Assembly: GCA_965248355.1 (NCBI GenBank) | Contig: OZ252098.1 | Location: 2,720,001-2,784,000 of the forward strand | Direction of reading: 5' to 3' | DNA from: Candidatus Latescibacterota bacterium | GTDB taxonomy: Bacteria > Latescibacterota > UBA2968 > UBA8231 | DNA length: 64,000 nucleotides | Shown: positions 61,980-64,000 of the stretch, piece after piece | How positions within the stretch are numbered: the first letter of the stretch is position 1 | Layout: every line of letters begins with the position of its first letter | Translations under genes and position numbers: made by a program | The notes under the pieces: model-generated | Database searches by the model: none | The model's input: only the letters and a program-made list of their open reading frames with translations | Told to the model about the DNA's origin: nothing

Positions 61980-63401
61980 ATGGCCGGGCGCGATGGCCTT
62001 TCGCCGCGGCGCCGCCGCCTTCCGGGAGGGGCGGGGAGTGCCCTGCCCGCCCTCCTCCTGCTCGCCGCGCTGGCCGGCTGCAGCGATCCCGGCGGCCCCA
62101 CGGGTCCCGGATCCCGGCCGGCGGGGATGGAGGTGATCTCCGGCGCCGCTCAGCGGGCCCTGCCGGGCCGTGCCCTGGCCAGGGCGGTCGTCGTCCGGGT
62201 GGTGGACGCGGAGGGACGGGCCGTTGCCGGTGTGACCGTGTCCTTCGCCCCGGCCGCCGGCCACGGCGAGACGGACCCGGCCTCGGCCGCCACCGATGCC
62301 GGCGGGCGGGCGGCCTCCACGTGGACCCTCGGCGCCGGCCTCGGCGTGCAGACCCTCCGGGTCTCGGCGGCGGACACCGTCGTCTCGGTGGACGCCGAGG
62401 CCGTCGATCTCGAGAGCGAGCTGGACGCCCTCTTCGCGCCGGCAACCGCTTCGGAGGTGGAGGCCGTGCGCTCCGACTGGTCCGGCCGCGACGTCTCGGC
62501 CCGCGGGGTGACGGTCGAGCTCGTCGAGGGCTTCAACCTGGGCGGCAAGGCGTGCACCCTGCGGATCCTCTCGCACGAGGTGGCGGGGGTCCGCCACTTC
62601 GGCGCCGTCATCGTGCCCGACGGGTCGGCCGCCGGGAGCCGGCCCCTGCTCGTCTACCTGCACGGCGGCGACAGCGGCGTGTCGCTGGACGAACTCCAGA
62701 TCATCGCCTTCGCCCTCGGTCCGCTGGTGGACCGCTTCGTCTACGTGGTCCCCTCCTTCCGGGGGGAGCCCTTGGTCCACGACGGCCGCAGTTGGACCTC
62801 CGACGGCCCGGCAAGTCCCTGGGACCATGACGTGGACGACACCCTGGCGCTGGTGAACGCCGCCTTCGAGTCGACGCCGGCGGCCCGCTCCGGGGGCTTC
62901 GTCGTCGTCGGCGGCAGCCGGGGGGCGGGGGTGGCGCTGCTGGCCGGGATCCGCGACGAGCGCATCGAGCGCATCATCGCCCTCTTCGGCCCCACGGACT
63001 TCTTCGACGACTGGGTCCGCGAGATCGTCCACGAGGCGGCCACGGGGCGGCCCCGCGACCTGACGGCGGTGGCCCACCTCGACTCCACCGTCATCGCGCC
63101 CTACATCCGCGGGGAGATGCCCCTGCCGGAGGCGCGCCTGGAGATCGTCCGCCGCTCCGCCGTGCTCTTCGCCGAGGACCTGCCCCCCGTCCAGCTTCAT
63201 CACGGCACCGCCGACGAGATCGTCTCCGTGAGCCAGGCCGAGTCCCTGGTGAGGACCATGGACGCCCTCGGGCGGACGCCGCCCGGCTTCGAGGCCTTCA
63301 TCTACGCCGGAGGCGGGCACTCCACTCTCTCCCTCCCGGGCCTCATCCCGCGGGCGGCGGAGTTCCTCAGGGACTGGTTCGACGCCCTCCCGAGTCGATG
63401 A
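61980..63401 (+). CDS. Lipoprotein with Ig-like (Big_1) domain and alpha/beta hydrolase
   Basis: Lipobox LAGC; V.V.D..G..V.GVTVSF, TDAGG.A...WTLG; YLHGG, GGSRG nucleophile, HGTADEIV, GGH. Confidence 0.8.
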   Translation: MAGRDGLSPRRRRLPGGAGSALPALLLLAALAGCSDPGGPTGPGSRPAGMEVISGAAQRALPGRALARAVVVRVVDAEGRAVAGVTVSFAPAAGHGETDPASAATDAGGRAASTWTLGAGLGVQTLRVSAADTVVSVDAEAVDLESELDALFAPATASEVEAVRSDWSGRDVSARGVTVELVEGFNLGGKACTLRILSHEVAGVRHFGAVIVPDGSAAGSRPLLVYLHGGDSGVSLDELQIIAFALGPLVDRFVYVVPSFRGEPLVHDGRSWTSDGPASPWDHDVDDTLALVNAAFESTPAARSGGFVVVGGSRGAGVALLAGIRDERIERIIALFGPTDFFDDWVREIVHEAATGRPRDLTAVAHLDSTVIAPYIRGEMPLPEARLEIVRRSAVLFAEDLPPVQLHHGTADEIVSVSQAESLVRTMDALGRTPPGFEAFIYAGGGHSTLSLPGLIPRAAEFLRDWFDALPSR

Positions 63402-63423
63402 TCCGGCGCCAGCCGGCCCCCCG

Positions 63424-64000
63424 ATGACGGCGCCTCCCCAGGGAGACCGACAGAACGCGCGGGACCTGCAGGGGATCCCGGTGCGGGGCATCCTGATCGG
63501 GGCCGTGCTGTCCCTGGTGCTCAACGTCTGCGATACCTACGCGACGAACTCGATCCAGGGGTCGTACCTGACCCTCAACTTCAGCACCCCGGCCGCCCTC
63601 TTCTTCTTCTTCTTCCTCGTCCTGGCCAGCGGCGCCGTCGGCCTCCTTCATCGATGGCTGGCGCTGACCCGGGCCGAGCTGATCACGATCTACGTCATGC
63701 TGGTGGTGGCCTGCTGCATCCCCGGCATGGGCTTCACCCAGTTCATCATCCCCTGCCTCCTCGGGTCGACCTACTACGCCACGCCCGAGAACAACTGGGA
63801 TGACCTCTACAATCAATACATCCCCCAATGGATGATCCCCCGCGGCGAGAACGTGGCCCGCTACTTCTTCGAGGGGATGCCCGAGGGAGCCTCGATCCCA
63901 TGGGGAGCCTGGGTCGTGCCTCTGAGCCTGTGGTTCGGCTTCTTCCTCGCCCTCGGCTTTGCCATGATCTGCGCCATGGTCATCCTGCGCAGGCAGTGGG
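63424..64000 (+). CDS. DUF6785-like polytopic membrane protein (runs off the window)
   Basis: L...ELITIYVM, YYATPENNW, FFEG....IPWGAW..PL..W, ILRRQW. Confidence 0.7.
   Translation, partial: MTAPPQGDRQNARDLQGIPVRGILIGAVLSLVLNVCDTYATNSIQGSYLTLNFSTPAALFFFFFLVLASGAVGLLHRWLALTRAELITIYVMLVVACCIPGMGFTQFIIPCLLGSTYYATPENNWDDLYNQYIPQWMIPRGENVARYFFEGMPEGASIPWGAWVVPLSLWFGFFLALGFAMICAMVILRRQW

Noticed and set aside
61419..63401. 660-aa SWIM-hydrolase fusion
   Set aside because: Chance read-through from a SWIM pseudogene fragment; the hydrolase has its own signal peptide and lipobox from ~61980.

Overview
High-GC diderm bacterial chromosome segment. The gene content (PhyH-family dioxygenases, NHL/FlgD-Ig protein, a C-terminal 'SWGxxK' tail, a DUF6785-like membrane protein) suggests an FCB-group lineage such as Latescibacterota; this is an inference only. 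Housekeeping genes (cpoB/ybgF, bamD, nadD, thrC) lead to tRNA-Arg(ACG) at 3950-4026. A ~22 kb island follows, closed by a 24-bp duplicate of the tRNA 3' end at 26171-26194, with no integrase gene inside it. The island holds (i) a SNF2-helicase / DUF1156-methyltransferase / HEPN-DUF499-ATPase restriction-like (BREX-related) core interleaved with 11 accessory defence-type genes. It also holds (ii) a 3.1-kb cassette bounded by near-perfect 109-bp inverted repeats. These repeats are att arms (tRNA core, IHF consensus site, arm-type repeats). The cassette carries a capsid-fragment/prohead-protease/portal cluster in cf-PICI order, a Zn-finger mini-gene behind a structured leader, and a secreted protein. 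Further right lie metabolic and envelope genes, two smaller accessory patches (orphan Xre antitoxin, DUF3800, GIY-YIG gene split by an IS256 with TSD; DUF6883/DUF4926 pair, HsdR_N protein, TA remnant) and vapBC. There is also an ArsC-family gene whose catalytic Cys codon is an in-frame TGA followed by a SECIS-like hairpin, making it a likely selenoprotein. All family assignments come from motif recognition by eye; no searches were run.
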